64,000 bases of DNA from Macrostomum lignano. Lineage: Eukaryota. The notes under the pieces are model-generated. The model was not told the DNA's origin. It was given only the letters and a program-made list of their open reading frames with translations, and searched no databases. This document shows, piece by piece, positions 1 to 12,700 of the stretch; within the stretch, counting starts at the first letter, position 1, and each line of letters begins with the position of its first letter. The translations under genes were made by a program, and so were the position numbers. The DNA lies in assembly GCA_002269645.1 (NCBI GenBank), contig NIVC01001537.1, positions 124,001 through 188,000 of the forward strand, written 5' to 3'.

Positions 1-149
1 TAGCAGAATTACAAGAAGGCCTCGTTGAAGATGACACTGTGGCTTAGCAAATAAATTGAAATTGCTTTTTTGAATCTCTTTATTCGGTTTTAACGTCAAT
101 GGTCATACCTCAGTCTGACCTCAGTCAGCGGAGGATTATGGTCATACAA

Positions 150-740
150 ACTAGTTCCGCTATGGTCATGAGATTTATAGCTACTAGTTCCGCCCTGGTC
201 ATAGGCTCATAGCTTACTAGTTCTGTTCTGGTCATGAGATTCATAGCTACTAGTTGAGCCCTGGTCATAGGCTCATAGCTACTAGTTCTGCTCTGGTCAT
301 AGACTCAGCTACCAGTTCTGCTCTGGTCATAGACTCATAGATACTAGTTCCGCTCTGGTCATAGACTCATAGATACTAGTTCCGCTCTGGTCATAGACTC
401 ATAGATACTAGTTCCGCTCTGGTCATAGACTCATAGCTACGAGTTCCGCTCTGGTCATGGACTCATAGCTACTAATTCCGCTCTGGTCATAGACTCATAG
501 CTACGAGTTCCGCTCTGGTCATGGACTCATAGCTACTAATTCCGCTCTGGTCATAGACTCATAGCTACGAGTTCCGCTCTGGTCATGGACTCATAGCTAC
601 TAATTCCGCTCTGGTCATAGACTCATAGCTACTAATTCCGCTCTGGTCATAGACTCATAGCTACTAGTTCCGCTCTGGTCATGGACTCATAGCTACCAGT
701 TCTGCTCTGGTCATGGACTCATAGCTACCAGTTCTGCTAT
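150..740. repeat. 32-bp minisatellite (ctactagttccgctctggtcatagactcatag)
   Basis: Tandem unit read directly; period 32 (e.g. 341 to 373). Confidence 0.9.
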
Positions 741-821
741 AATCCATGTCTGAAAGCAACAATCTAAAGCAGTAGTTCAGAAAGCAGTGGCAAAATAATT
801 TAGTTTTCACAATTGCACGCG

Positions 822-840
822 TTTATTGTCGGATTTTATT
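822..840 (-). terminator. Two AATAAA polyadenylation signals for the NPF gene
   Basis: tttatt at 822-827 and 835-840, about 150 nt past the stop codon. Confidence 0.6.
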
Positions 841-981
841 TTGACGCATCGTGTTAGCAATAACAGTTTGCCAAGTAGGAGCTGTGAGAGACAGAGAGAG
901 GTTCGAGTGAAGAGGGAGAGACGGGCCAGCAATTGACTCAGTAGGTCCAGTTTCTAGGAAACGCTGCTCAATCCAATCGAA

Positions 982-1395
982 TCATCGCCTATCAATGCGG
1001 TACATCCGCTTGCCGAAGCGGGGCCGGCTCATGGAGTGCAGGTACTGGTTGAGGTTGTTGATGTACTCGGCGGCCGCGGCCGGGGTGTCGAAGGAGGCCT
1101 GCCGCTTGCCGAAGCGGGGCCGGCTGACCGAGTGCAGGTACTGGTTCAGGCTGGTCACATACTTGGCGGCCTCGGCTGGCGAGCGGAAGTCGTAGGCGTT
1201 GCCGCGCTTGCCGAATCGGGGCCGGCTGACCGAGTGGAAGTACTTGTTCAGGTAGTGTAAGTACTCGGCCACGTCGTCGGCGGAGGTGAAGTCTTTGTTC
1301 ACCTCCTCGGGCGCTCTGGCCAGAGACTTGGACTGGCCGAGGGCGGCGGCGGACAGGATCAAAAGCAGAAGAGTTGACAGTTGAGCCGCGTTCAT
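982..1395 (-). CDS. NPY/NPF-family neuropeptide precursor carrying three tandem ...SRPRF-amide peptides
   Basis: Hydrophobic signal peptide MNAAQLSTLLLLILSAAALG. Three copies end in RPRF-GKR (amidation plus dibasic cleavage), each with Tyr 10 and 17 residues from the C-terminus as in NPY/NPF. Single exon, with TATA upstream and AATAAA downstream. Confidence 0.92.
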   Translation of the reverse strand: MNAAQLSTLLLLILSAAALGQSKSLARAPEEVNKDFTSADDVAEYLHYLNKYFHSVSRPRFGKRGNAYDFRSPAEAAKYVTSLNQYLHSVSRPRFGKRQASFDTPAAAAEYINNLNQYLHSMSRPRFGKRMYRIDRR

Positions 1396-1514
1396 TTCTG
1401 CTGCTGGGCCGAGGTTGCGGTTGATCAGTTTGTGGGTGCTTGTTTAACCTGCCGTTAGCTGCTAGGCGGGGGGATTTCAGCGCGGCGAGCCTTCGAGATG
1501 CCGGGCTGCCCGGA

Positions 1515-1520
1515 TTTATA
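1515..1520 (-). promoter_or_regulatory. TATA box of the NPF precursor gene
   Basis: TATAAA on the minus strand about 120 nt upstream of the ATG, in GC-rich flanks. Confidence 0.6.
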
Positions 1521-1689
1521 GGGGCGGCGCTCGGTGCGTGGGCGGGCCGGCCAGCGGCGACTCGGGGCAGCGATTGGGCTGGGCGGGGCGGCCTTCGGCT
1601 GAGCTGGGGGGCCCGGTAGCAACGAGCTGCTGACCTATCAGTCAGCCTGTTTAGCTGGCACTGTTTAGCTTACATTGGATCAATTTATT

Positions 1690-3545
1690 TGTCTGCCCTA
1701 GTGTCTGCCTTAGTGTCTGCCCTAGTGTCTGCCCTAGTGTCTGTCTTAGTGTCTGCCTTAGTGTCTGCCTTAGTGTCTGCCATGTTGTCTGCCTTAGTCT
1801 CTGCTATAGTGTCTGCCCTAGTGTCTGCCTTAGTGTCTGCCCTAGTGTCTACCTTAGTGTCTGCTTTAGTGTCTACTTTAGTGTCTACCATAGTGTCTGC
1901 CCTAGTGTCTGCCCTAGTGTCTGCCCTAGTGTCTGCCCTAGTGTCTGCCCTAGTGTCTGCCATAGTGTCTGTCTTAGTGTCTGCCTTAGTGTCTGCCATG
2001 TTGTCTGCCTTAGTCTCTGCTATAGTGTCTGCCCTAGTGTCTGCCCTAGTGTCTGCCCTAGTGTCTGCCCTAGTGTCTGCCATAGTGTCTGCCCTAGTGT
2101 CTGCCCTAGTGTCTGCCCTAGTGTCTGCCCTAGTGTCTGCCATAGTGTCTGTCTTAGTGTCTGCCTTAGTGTCTGTCTTAGTGTCTGCCTTAGTGTCTGC
2201 CCTAGTGTCTGCCCTAGTGTCTGTCTTAGTGTCTGCCTTAGTGTCTGCCATGTTGTCTGCCTTAGTCTCTGTCTTAGTGTCTGCCATAGTGTCTGCCCTA
2301 GTGTCTGCCCTAGTGTCTGCCCTAGTGTCTGCCCTAGTGTCTGCCATAGTGTCTGCCCTAGTGTCTGCCCTAGTGTCTGCCCTAGTGTCTGCCATAGTGT
2401 CTGTCTTAGTGTCTGCCATAGTGTCTGCCCTAGTGTCTGCCCTAGTGTCTGCCATAGTGTCTGCCCTAGTGTCTGCCATAGTGTCTGCCATAGTGTCTGC
2501 CATAGTGTCTGCCCTAGTGTCTGCCATAGTGTCTGCCATAGTGTCTGCCCTAGTGTCTGCCATAGTGTCTGCCCTAGTGTCTGCCATAGTGTCTGTCTTA
2601 GTGTCTGCCCTAGTGTCTGCCCTAGTGTCTGCCCTAGTGTCTGCCATAGTGTCTGCCATAGTGTCTGCCCTAGTGTCTGCCATAGTGTCTGCCATAGTGT
2701 CTGCCCTAGTGTCTGCCATAGTGTCTGTCTTAGTGTCTGCCCTAGTGTCTGCCCTAGTGTCTGCCCTAGTGTCTGCCATAGTGTCTGCCCTAGTGTCTGC
2801 CATAGTGTCTGCCCTAGTGTCTGCCATAGTGTCTGCCCTAGTGTCTGCCCTAGTGTCTGCCCTAGTGTCTGCCCTAGTGTCTGCCCTAGTGTCTGCCCTA
2901 GTGTCTGTCTTAGTGTCTGCCATAGTGTCTGCCCTAGTGTCTGCCATAGTGTCTGCCCTAGTGTCTGCCCTAGTGTCTGCCCTAGTGTCTGCCCTAGTGT
3001 CTGCCCTAGTGTCTGCCCTAGTGTCTGCCATAGTGTCTGTCTTAGTGTCTGCCATAGTGTCTGCCCTAGTGTCTGCCATAGTGTCTGCCCTAGTGTCTGC
3101 CCTAGTGTCTGCCATAGTGTCTGCCCTAGTGTCTGCCCTAGTGTCTGCCATAGTGTCTGCCCTAGTGTCTGCCCTAGTCTCTGCTATAGTGTCTGCCCTA
3201 GTGTCTGCCATAGTGTCTGCCATAGTGTCTGCCCTAGTGTCTGCCCTAGTGTCTGCCCTAGTGTCTGCCCTAGTGTCTGCCATAGTGTCTGCCCTAGTGT
3301 CTGCCCTAGTGTCTGCCCTAGTGTCTGCCCTAGTGTCTGCCATAGTGTCTGCCCTAGTGTCTGCCATAGTGTCTGTCTTAGTGTCTGCCCTAGTGTCTGC
3401 CATAGTGTCTGCCCTAGTGTCTGCCATAGTGTCTGCCCTAGTGTCTGCCCTAGTGTCTGCCCTAGTGTCTGCCCTAGTGTCTGCCCTAGTGTCTGCCATA
3501 GTGTCTGTCATAGTGTCTGCCCTAGTGTCTGCCATAGTGTCTGTC
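1690..3545. repeat. 12-bp minisatellite (tagtgtctgccc/cca)
   Basis: Tandem array; it explains the ADTR and SALV pseudo-ORFs. Confidence 0.95.
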
Positions 3546-3994
3546 TGGTGCTTAGTCTATCTGTCTACATGTCAATTAGTTATAATTAACCAGTTTATGC
3601 ATTAATGCTTCTAATTCCCTAATTATACCATTAGCGACAAGATTCGTGTCAATATCATGGGCGTAAACAGTGATTTTCAGATAACAAAGATGCGAGACCC
3701 ACATCAAAGACTAAAGATGAATGAGCAGCAGAAATGCTTCAAAAGCACCTGCTAAGGCCTCAAAACGCCTTGTAATTATAAAATTAGCGTCGTCTAAAAA
3801 ATTTCGGTGAAAACAAATTTATTGAGCAGACACTGCAGGGATTAAGCAGACACTTGGATCTCAAAAAGTCCCTTTAGTGCACTTGATGGCTTCCCTTCCG
3901 AGTTTTAAAAAAACACAAAATTCGAACACCCGTACTTCTTGCACTTGTGTTCTCAATGCTTGTCGAAAAATCACCCAGGGGTTTGTATGTGGTA

Positions 3995-4575
3995 TCGGAC
4001 AGGGTTTGTCTGGGTGTGGGACAGGGTTTGTCTGGGGTGTGGGACAGGGTTGTCTGGGGTATGGGACAGGGTTTGTCTGGGGTATGAGACAGGGTTTGAC
4101 TGGGATATGGGACAGGGTTTGACTGGGGTATGGGACATGTTTGACTGGGTTATGGGACATGTTTGACTGGGGTATGGGACAGGGTTTGTCTGGAGTGTGG
4201 GACAGGGTTTGTCTGGGGTATGGGACAGGGTTTGACTGGAGTGTGGGACAGGGTTTGTCTGGGGTATGGGACAGGGTTTGACTGGGGTATGGGACAGGGT
4301 TTGTCTGGAGTGTGGGACAGGGTTGTCTGGGGTGAAGGACAAGATTTGTCTTGTGTGGGAGACAGGGTTTTTTCTAGGGTGTGCGACAGGGTTTGTCTGG
4401 GGTATGGGACAAGGTTTGACTGGGGTATAAGACAGGGTTTGTCTGGGGTATAAGACAGGGTTTGTCTGGGGTATGGGACAGGGTTTGACTGGGATATGGG
4501 ACAGGGTTTGACTGGGGTATGGGACATGTTTGACTAGGGTATGGGACAGGGTTTTGTCTGGGGTGTGGGACAGGT
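3995..4575 (+). repeat. 22-23-bp minisatellite (tgggacagggtttgtctggggta)
   Basis: Tandem unit; reverse complement of the 5700-6600 array. Confidence 0.9.
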
Positions 4576-4999
4576 TTTTGTAGTATCGGAAGGGTTTATT
4601 ACATGTGTGTTTTATTGCTCCATTGATTTTTGTAAGGCTTGAGCAGACATCTCTTCTATAAATAGAAAAGTCAAAGCGCAAGATGTGCTCTGCTACCGGC
4701 AAAGACTGTTTCGCTACCCAACAAAATTCTTTCAAAGGCACCACCACGTTAGCTAAAGTGGCCAAATATGGAACAAAGATTACAAAAACAGCCAAAACTG
4801 GCACTGCCAGCACGTCGCTCATCTCCTGACGAAGCCAATTGTCAAGCCGAGTCAGGGCGTGGCGACACCCCGAGGCGATAATTAAAAGCCGCCGTTCAAC
4901 AAATTTTCGGAATGGAAGCGTGACAAACTGCTCAAAGTCTGCCCGAACTCGGCCGGCGCGTCACCCGTAACTTCGCATATTCACTTCTTTAAAGATCCT

Positions 5000-5375
5000 T
5001 ATCTACCTAAACCTGCTATCTCCAGTCTCTAATCTACCTACCCCTGCTATCTCCTGTCTCTAATCTACCCCTGCTATCCCCAGTCTCTTATCTACCTACC
5101 CCTGCTATCCCCAGTCTCTTATCTACCTACACCTGCTATCCCCAGTCTCTTATCTACCTACCCCTGCTATCCCCAGTCTCTTATCTACCTACACCTGCTA
5201 TCCCCAGTCTCTTATCTACCTACACCTGCTATCCCCAGTCTCTTATCTACCTACACCTGCTATCCCCAGTCTCTTATCTACCTACCCCTGATATCCCCAG
5301 TCTCTTATCTACCTACCCCTGCTATCCTCAGTCTCTTATCTACCTACACCTGCTATCCCCAGTCTCTTATCTACC
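5000..5375. repeat. 31-bp minisatellite (ctatccccagtctcttatctacctacacctg)
   Basis: Period 31 (5071 to 5102). Confidence 0.9.
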
Positions 5376-5699
5376 TATCCATTCTGTCCATCTGCTTCGA
5401 AAAAAGAAGTAATAAAATATTTTTGTCTTAACATCTATTCTGTCTGACAGCTCCGTCAAAGTCTGACAACAAAAAAAATTTTTTGACTGCAAATTCCTTC
5501 TGGATTTACTTGAGAGTAGTATGACACGCCTGAAAATATGTCGATTCATTGAGTTTAGGAACAAAGCTGGGTACACACAAAGTTCATCAAACGGTTGAAA
5601 AAGATATAAAAATATCAATTATCAAGACCTAAATGCGTTAAAATTTTAATTCTCAAACTTTCTTCATTTCCCAAGTGTACAGAAGACCATAGAATAAAC

Positions 5700-6600
5700 C
5701 ATGTCCCACACCCAGACTAAACCCTGTCCCACACCCAGACTAAACCCTGTCCCACACCCAGACTAAACCCTGTCCCACACCCAGACTAAACCCTGTCCCA
5801 CACCCCAGAGAAACCCTGTCCCACACCCCAGAGAAACCCTGTCCCACATCCAGATTAAACCCTGTCCCACACCCCAGAGAAACCCTGTCCCACATCCAGA
5901 TTAAACCCTGTCCCACAGCCCAGAAAAAACCCTGTCCCACACCCCAGAGAAACCCTGTCCCACATCCAGATTAAACCCTGTCCCACACCCCAGAGAAACC
6001 CTGTCCCACATCCAGATTAAACCCTGTCCCACATCCAGATTAAACCCTGTCCCACATCCAGACTAAACCCTGTCCCACACCCCAGAGAAACCCTGTCCCA
6101 CATCCAGATTAAACCCTGTCCCACAGCCCAGAAAAAACCCTGTCCCACACCCCAGAGAAACCCTGTCCCACACCCCAGAAAAAACCCTGTCCCACACCCC
6201 AGAGAAACCCTGTCCCACACCCCAGAGAAACCATGTCCCACATCCAGATTAAACCCTGCCCCACACACCAGACTAAACCCTGTCCCACACCCCAGACTAA
6301 ACCCTGTCCCACACCCCAGACTAAACCCTGTCCCACACCCCAGACTAAACCCTGTCCCACACCCCAGACAAAGCACTGTCCCACACCCCAGACTAAACCC
6401 TGTCCCACACCCCAGACTAAACCCTGTCCCACCCCCAGACAAAGCCCTGTCCCACACCCCTGACTAAACCCTGTCCCACACCCCAGAAAAAACCCTGTCC
6501 CACACCCCAGAAAAAACCCTGTCCCACACCCCAGAAAAAACCCTGTCCCACACCCCAGAAAAAACCCTGTCCCACACCCCAGACAAAGCCTATCCCACAT
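5700..6600 (-). repeat. 22-23-bp minisatellite (aaaccctgtcccacaccccagag), inverted copy of the 3995-4575 array
   Basis: Unit is the reverse complement of tgggacagggttt... Confidence 0.9.
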
Positions 6601-6747
6601 CTCAGACGATATCTACATAGTACAGAAAAGCAAATATAAAAGTATGGAATTTCCCCAAACCCTAATTTGGCCAGATTAGCAGTCCAGGTGCTATAACTAC
6701 TACTTTCAATACCACACAAGGTTTACAGGCAAACAAAAAATGCAGCT

Positions 6748-9700
6748 TCACTCGTCGCAGTTCAATGAAAAATCGAACGGGGCGAACGATTTCTTGAACT
6801 CCTCGGCCGCGGCGGTCTCCTCGGCCTCGGACTGCAGGCAGTCGCGCCAGTCTACGCGAGTCGGACAGTCGTAGACGTGATGCGAGGCCAGGACGTCGCG
6901 GCCGAAGCTCAACGGAAACGTGTCGAACTGGTCCCGACGAATCGGGCAGAACAGCCGCTCGCCGGTGGGCAGGTCGGCGCAGAAATACGGCGCCCCGGGC
7001 GGCACGAGGTCGGCCAGATCGGCGCCAGGGTGCAGCTCGCGAAGACTCAGCCTTGGCTCGTGCTTGTCGGCGACGTCCAGGAAAGCGGCTTTGAGGCCGG
7101 GCAGGGAGGCCACGGGCACGGGGATGCAGTGCAGCTGGGCGTGGAAGCATTTGAAATTCCGCTCGATGTACACCGGGGCCAGCTCGGAGGCGGCGTACAG
7201 CTGGGCCAGGCAGCGCTTGTAGCGGGAGAACTCGGACAGAACCTCGGCCGGACAGTCGGACAGGCATTTGTGATGTCCGATTGGCAGGGCGATCACGTGC
7301 TGCGGCACCAGGGGACCGCGGGCCAAAGCCAGGTAAGTTGACTTGGCCACGGATACAACCAGCTGCCGCTGCACTTCCGGGTTGCCCAGGCAGAACCAGC
7401 AGGCCGCCTGCTGCTGCCGCCGCTTGGCTTCGCCACCGCCGCCGCCGCCTTCGGATCTCCGTTTCTGACCGGCGTGGCCCGGCTTGCCGGAGGCTTCGGC
7501 GAAGAAGAAACTGCGCGGCCCGGCTTCTGAGGGGGGAGGGGATTGGGAATCCAGATTGGTGGCGCTTGGTGGGCAGAGGGTCTGCAGTTGCTGTCTACAG
7601 CTGACCAGTTGCTGCCTACAGCTGACCAGTTGCTGTCTACAGCTGACCAGTTGCTGTCTACAGCTGACCAGTTGCTGTCTACAGCTGACCAGTTGCTGTC
7701 TACAGCTGACCAGTTGCTGTCTACAGCTGACCAGTTGCTGTCTACAGCTGACCAGTTGCTGTCTACAGCTGACCAGTTGCTGTCTACAGCTGACCAGTTG
7801 CTGTCTACAGCTGACCAGTTGCTGTCTACAGCTGACCAGTTGCTGTCTACAGCTGACCAGTTGCTGTCTACAGCTGACCAGTTGCTGTCTACAGCTGACT
7901 AATATAAACAACTACAGCTGACCAATATAAACAGCTATAGCTGACTAATATAAACAGCTACAGCTGACCAATATAAACAGCTACAGCTGACTAATATAAA
8001 CAGCTACAGCTGACAAATATAAACAGCTACAGCTGACTAATATAAACATCTACAGCTGACCAATATAACATCTACAGCTGACCAATATAAGCATCTACAG
8101 CTGACCAATATAAGCATCTACAACTGACCAATATAAACATCTACAGCTGACTAATATAAACATCTACAGCTGACCAATATAAGCATCTACAGCTGACCAA
8201 TATAAACATCTACAGCTGACCAATATAAACATCTACAGCTGACCAATATAAGCATCTACAGCTGACCAATATAACATCTACAGCTGACCAATATAAGCAT
8301 CTACAGCTGACCAATATAAACATCTACAGCTGACCAATATAACATCTACAGCTGACCAATATAAACATCTACAGCTGACCAATATAAACATCTACAGCTG
8401 ACCAATATAAACATCTACAGCTGACCAATATAAACATCTACAGCTGACCAATATATACATCTACAGCTGACCAATATAAACATCTACAGCTGACCAATAT
8501 AAGCATCTACAGCTGACCAATATAAACATCTACAGCTGACCAATATAACATCTACAGCTGACCAATATAAGCATCTACAGCTGACCAATATAACATCCAC
8601 AGCTGACCAAAAAAAGCATCTATAGCTGACCAATATAACATCTACAGCTGACCAATATAAGCATCTACAGCTGACCAATATAACATCTACAGCTGACCAA
8701 TATAAGCATCTACAGCTGACCAATATAAGCATCTACAGCTGACCAATATAAACATCTACAGCTGACCAATATAAACATCTACAGCTGACCAATATAAACA
8801 TCTACAGCTGACCAATATAAACATCTACAGCTGACCAATATAAACATCTACAGCTGACCAATATATACATCTACAGCTGACCAATATAAACATCTACAGC
8901 TGACCAATATAAGCATCTACAGCTGACCAATATAAACATCTACAGCTGACCAATATAACATCTACAGCTGACCAATATAAGCATCTACAGCTGACCAATA
9001 TAACATCTAGTACAGCTGACCAATATAAGCATCTACAGCTGACCAATATAAACATCTACAGCTGACCAATATAAACATCTACAGCTGACCAATATAACAT
9101 CTACAGCTGACCAATATAAACATCTACAGCTGACCAATATAAACATCTACAGCTGACCAATATAAGCATCTACAGCTGACCAATATAAACATCTACAGCT
9201 GACCAATATAAACATCTACAGCTGACCAATATAAACATCTACAGCTGACCAATATAAACATCTACAGCTGACCAATATAAACATCTACAGCTGACCAATA
9301 TAAACATCTACAGCTGACCAATATAAACATCTACAGCTGACCAATATAAGCATCTACAGCTGACCAATATAAACATCTACAGCTGACCAATATAACATCT
9401 ACAGCTGACCAATATAAGCATCTACAGCTGACCAATATAACATCTAGTACAGCTGACCAATATAAGCATCTACAGCTGACCAATATAAACATCTACAGCT
9501 GACCAATATAAACATCTACAGCTGACCAATATAACATCTACAGCTGACCAATATAAACATCTACAGCTGACCAATATAAACATCTACAGCTGACCAATAT
9601 AAACATCTACAGCTGACCAATATAAACATCTACAGCTGACCAATATATACATCTACAGCTGACCAATATAAACATCTACAGCTGACCAATATAAACATCT

Positions 9701-12700
9701 ACAGCTGACCAATATAAACAACTACAGCTGACCAATATAAACATCTACAGCTGACCAATATAAGCATCTACAGCTGACCAATATAAGCATCTACAGCTGA
9801 CCAATATAAGCATCTACAGCTGACCAATATAAGCATCTACAGCTGACCAATATAAACATCTACAGCTGACCAATATAAACATCTACAGCTGACCAATATA
9901 ACATCTACAGCTGACCAATATAAACATCTACAGCTGACCAATATAAACATCTACAGCTGACCAATATAAACATCTACAGCTGACCAATATAAACATCTAC
10001 AGCTGACCAATATTTACATCTACAGCTGACCAATATAAACATCTACAGCTGACCAATATAAACATCTACAGCTGACCAATATAAACATCTACAGCTGACC
10101 AATATAAACAACTACAGCTGACCAATATAAACATGTACAGCTCAGACACAAAATAGCACCCCAGCTCACCAACTGTGCTGACATCCTTGCCGTCATCCTT
10201 ATACGGACAGTCGGTGACGCCAGCGCCGCTGGGAGTCTGTTTCAGCAGTTCAGCCCGATCAATCTTAGCCAAAGGGGTTAACTGTAAAGCGTACAGACAG
10301 CGCCTGCCGCTGCTAACGCCAGCCAACGAGTGGAACCTGGTCGAGTGCCGCTCCCGTTCCGAGCCGACCCGGTGATTCCGATAGGGCAGCCGTTCGAAGT
10401 CCAGCCCGCTGTCCGAGCCGTCGCCGCAGGCGCACACGTGATAGCGCGGGCGGAGACGGGCGGCCAGCCTGGCAATGGCGGGATGAGCGAACGGCTTGGA
10501 GGCGGACTCCACCGCCTGGCACTCGTCCATTGGTAGCCAGTCTTCGCAGCCAGTCAGAGTGCCAGCTGGCCAGGCGCAGGTTAGCAACAAATCCACGCCT
10601 GGGAACTCTGCGTCTGAGGCTTGGCCGGCCAGCCAGGCCAGCTCAGAGTCTCTGAATCTGCGGGACTCCTCGCCGCGGCTGGTGCCTGTGGGATGGGAGG
10701 GTAGCAACTGGAGCATCGGGAGGGTAGCAACTGGAGCATCGGGAGGGTAGCAACTGGAGCATCGGGAGGGTAGCAACTGGAGCATCGGGAGGGTAGCAAC
10801 TGAAGCATCGGGAGGGTAGCAACTGGAGCATCGGGAGGGTAGCAACTGGAGCATCGGGAGGGTAGCAACTGGAGCATCGGGAGGGTAGCAACTGGAGCAT
10901 CGGGAGGGTAGCAACTGAAGCATCGGGAGGGTAGCAACTGAAGCATCGGGAGGGTAGCAACTGAAGCATCGGGAGGGTAGCAACTGGAGCATCGGGAGGG
11001 TAGCAACTGAAGCATCGGGAGGGTAGCAACTGAAGCATCGGGAGGGTAGAAACTGGAGCATCGGGAGGGTAGCAACTGAAGCATCGGGAGGGTAGCAACT
11101 GGAGCATCGGGAGGGTAGCAACTGAAGCATCGGAGAGGGTAGCAACTGAAGCATCGGGAGGGTAGCAGCTGAAGCATTGGAGAGGGTAGCAACTGAAGCA
11201 TCGGGAGGGTAGCAACTGAACTGAAGCATCGGGAGGGTAGCAACTGAAGCATCGGGAGGGTAGCAACTGAACTGAAGCATCGGGAGGGTAGCAACTGAAC
11301 TGAAGCATCGGGAGGGTAGCAACTGGAGCATCGGGAGGGTAGCAACTGAACTGAAGCATCGGGAGGGTAGCAACTGGAGCATCGGGAGGGTAGCAACTGG
11401 AGCATCGGGAGGGTAGCAACTGAAGCATCGGGAGGGTAGCAACTGGAGCATCGGGAGGGTAGCAACTGAAGCATCGGAGAGGGTAGCAACTGAAGCATCG
11501 GGAGGGTAGCAGCTGAAGCATTGGAGAGGGTAGCAACTGAAGCATCGGGAGGGTAGCAACTGAACTGAAGCATCGGGAGGGTAGCAACTGAAGCATCGGG
11601 AGGGTAGCAACTGAACTGAAGCATCGGGAGGGTAGCAACTGAAGCATCGGGAGGGTAGCAACTGAACTGAAGCATCGGGAGGGTAGCAACTGAACTGAAG
11701 CATCGGGAGGGTAGCAACTGGAGCATCGGGAGGGTAGCAACTGAACTGAAGCATCGGGAGGGTAGCAACTGGAGCATCGGGAGAGTAGCAACTGGAGCAA
11801 CGGAAGGGTAGCAACTGGAGCATCGGGAGGGTAGCAACTGAACTGAAGCATCGGAGAGGGTAGCAGCTGAAGCATCGGGAGGGTAGCAACTGAAGCATTA
11901 GGAGGGTAGCAGCTGAAGCATGGGAGAGGGTAGCAACTGGAGCATCGGGAGGGTAGCAACTGAAGCATCGGAAGGGTAGCAACTGAAGCATCGGGAGGGT
12001 AGCAACTGGAGCATCGGGAGGGTAGCAACTGAACTGAAGCATCGGGAGGGTAGCAACTGGAGCATCGGGAGAGTAGCAACTGGAGCAACGGAAGGGTAGC
12101 AACTGGAGCATCGGGAGGGTAGCAACTGAACTGAAGCATCGGGAGGGTAGCAGCTGAAGCATTGGAGAGGGTAGCAACTGAAGCATCGGGAGGGTAGCAA
12201 CTGAACTGAAGCATCGGGAGGGTAGCAACTGAAGCATCGGGAGGGTAGCAACTGAAGCATCGGGAGGGTAGCAACTGAACTGAAGCATCGGGAGGGTAGC
12301 AACTGAACTGAAGCATCGGGAGGGTAGCAACTGGAGCATCGGGAGGGTAGCAACTGAACTGAAGCATCGGGAGGGTAGCAACTGGAGCATCGGGAGAGTA
12401 GCAACTGGAGCAACGGAAGGGTAGCAACTGGAGCATCGGGAGGGTAGCAACTGAACTGAAGCATCGGAGAGGGTAGCAGCTGAAGCATCGGGAGGGTAGC
12501 AACTGAAGCATTAGGAGGGTAGCAGCTGAAGCATGGGAGAGGGTAGCAACTGGAGCATCGGGAGGGTAGCAACTGAAGCATCGGAAGGGTAGCAACTGAA
12601 GCATCGGGAGGGTAGCAGCTGAAGCATCGGAGGGTAGCAAGGAATTGAAGAGGTGATAAAGGCGGCACTAACCAGCCAAGTAGGCCACCTTGAGCCCAGT

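Noticed and set aside
1685-3605. 616- and 638-aa ORFs (ADTR / SALV repeats)
   Set aside because: They are translations of a stop-free 12-bp minisatellite on both strands, with no unique coding flanks.
4600-5620. Possible spliced minus-strand frame (5618-5376 joined to about 4987-4580) with a hydrophobic segment and one in-frame TGA at about 4961 (selenoprotein?)
   Set aside because: The upstream part is AT-rich unlike real exons here, there is no known Sec motif (no CxxU or GPx/DIO signature), no SECIS was identified, and the frame runs through AATAAA into a minisatellite.
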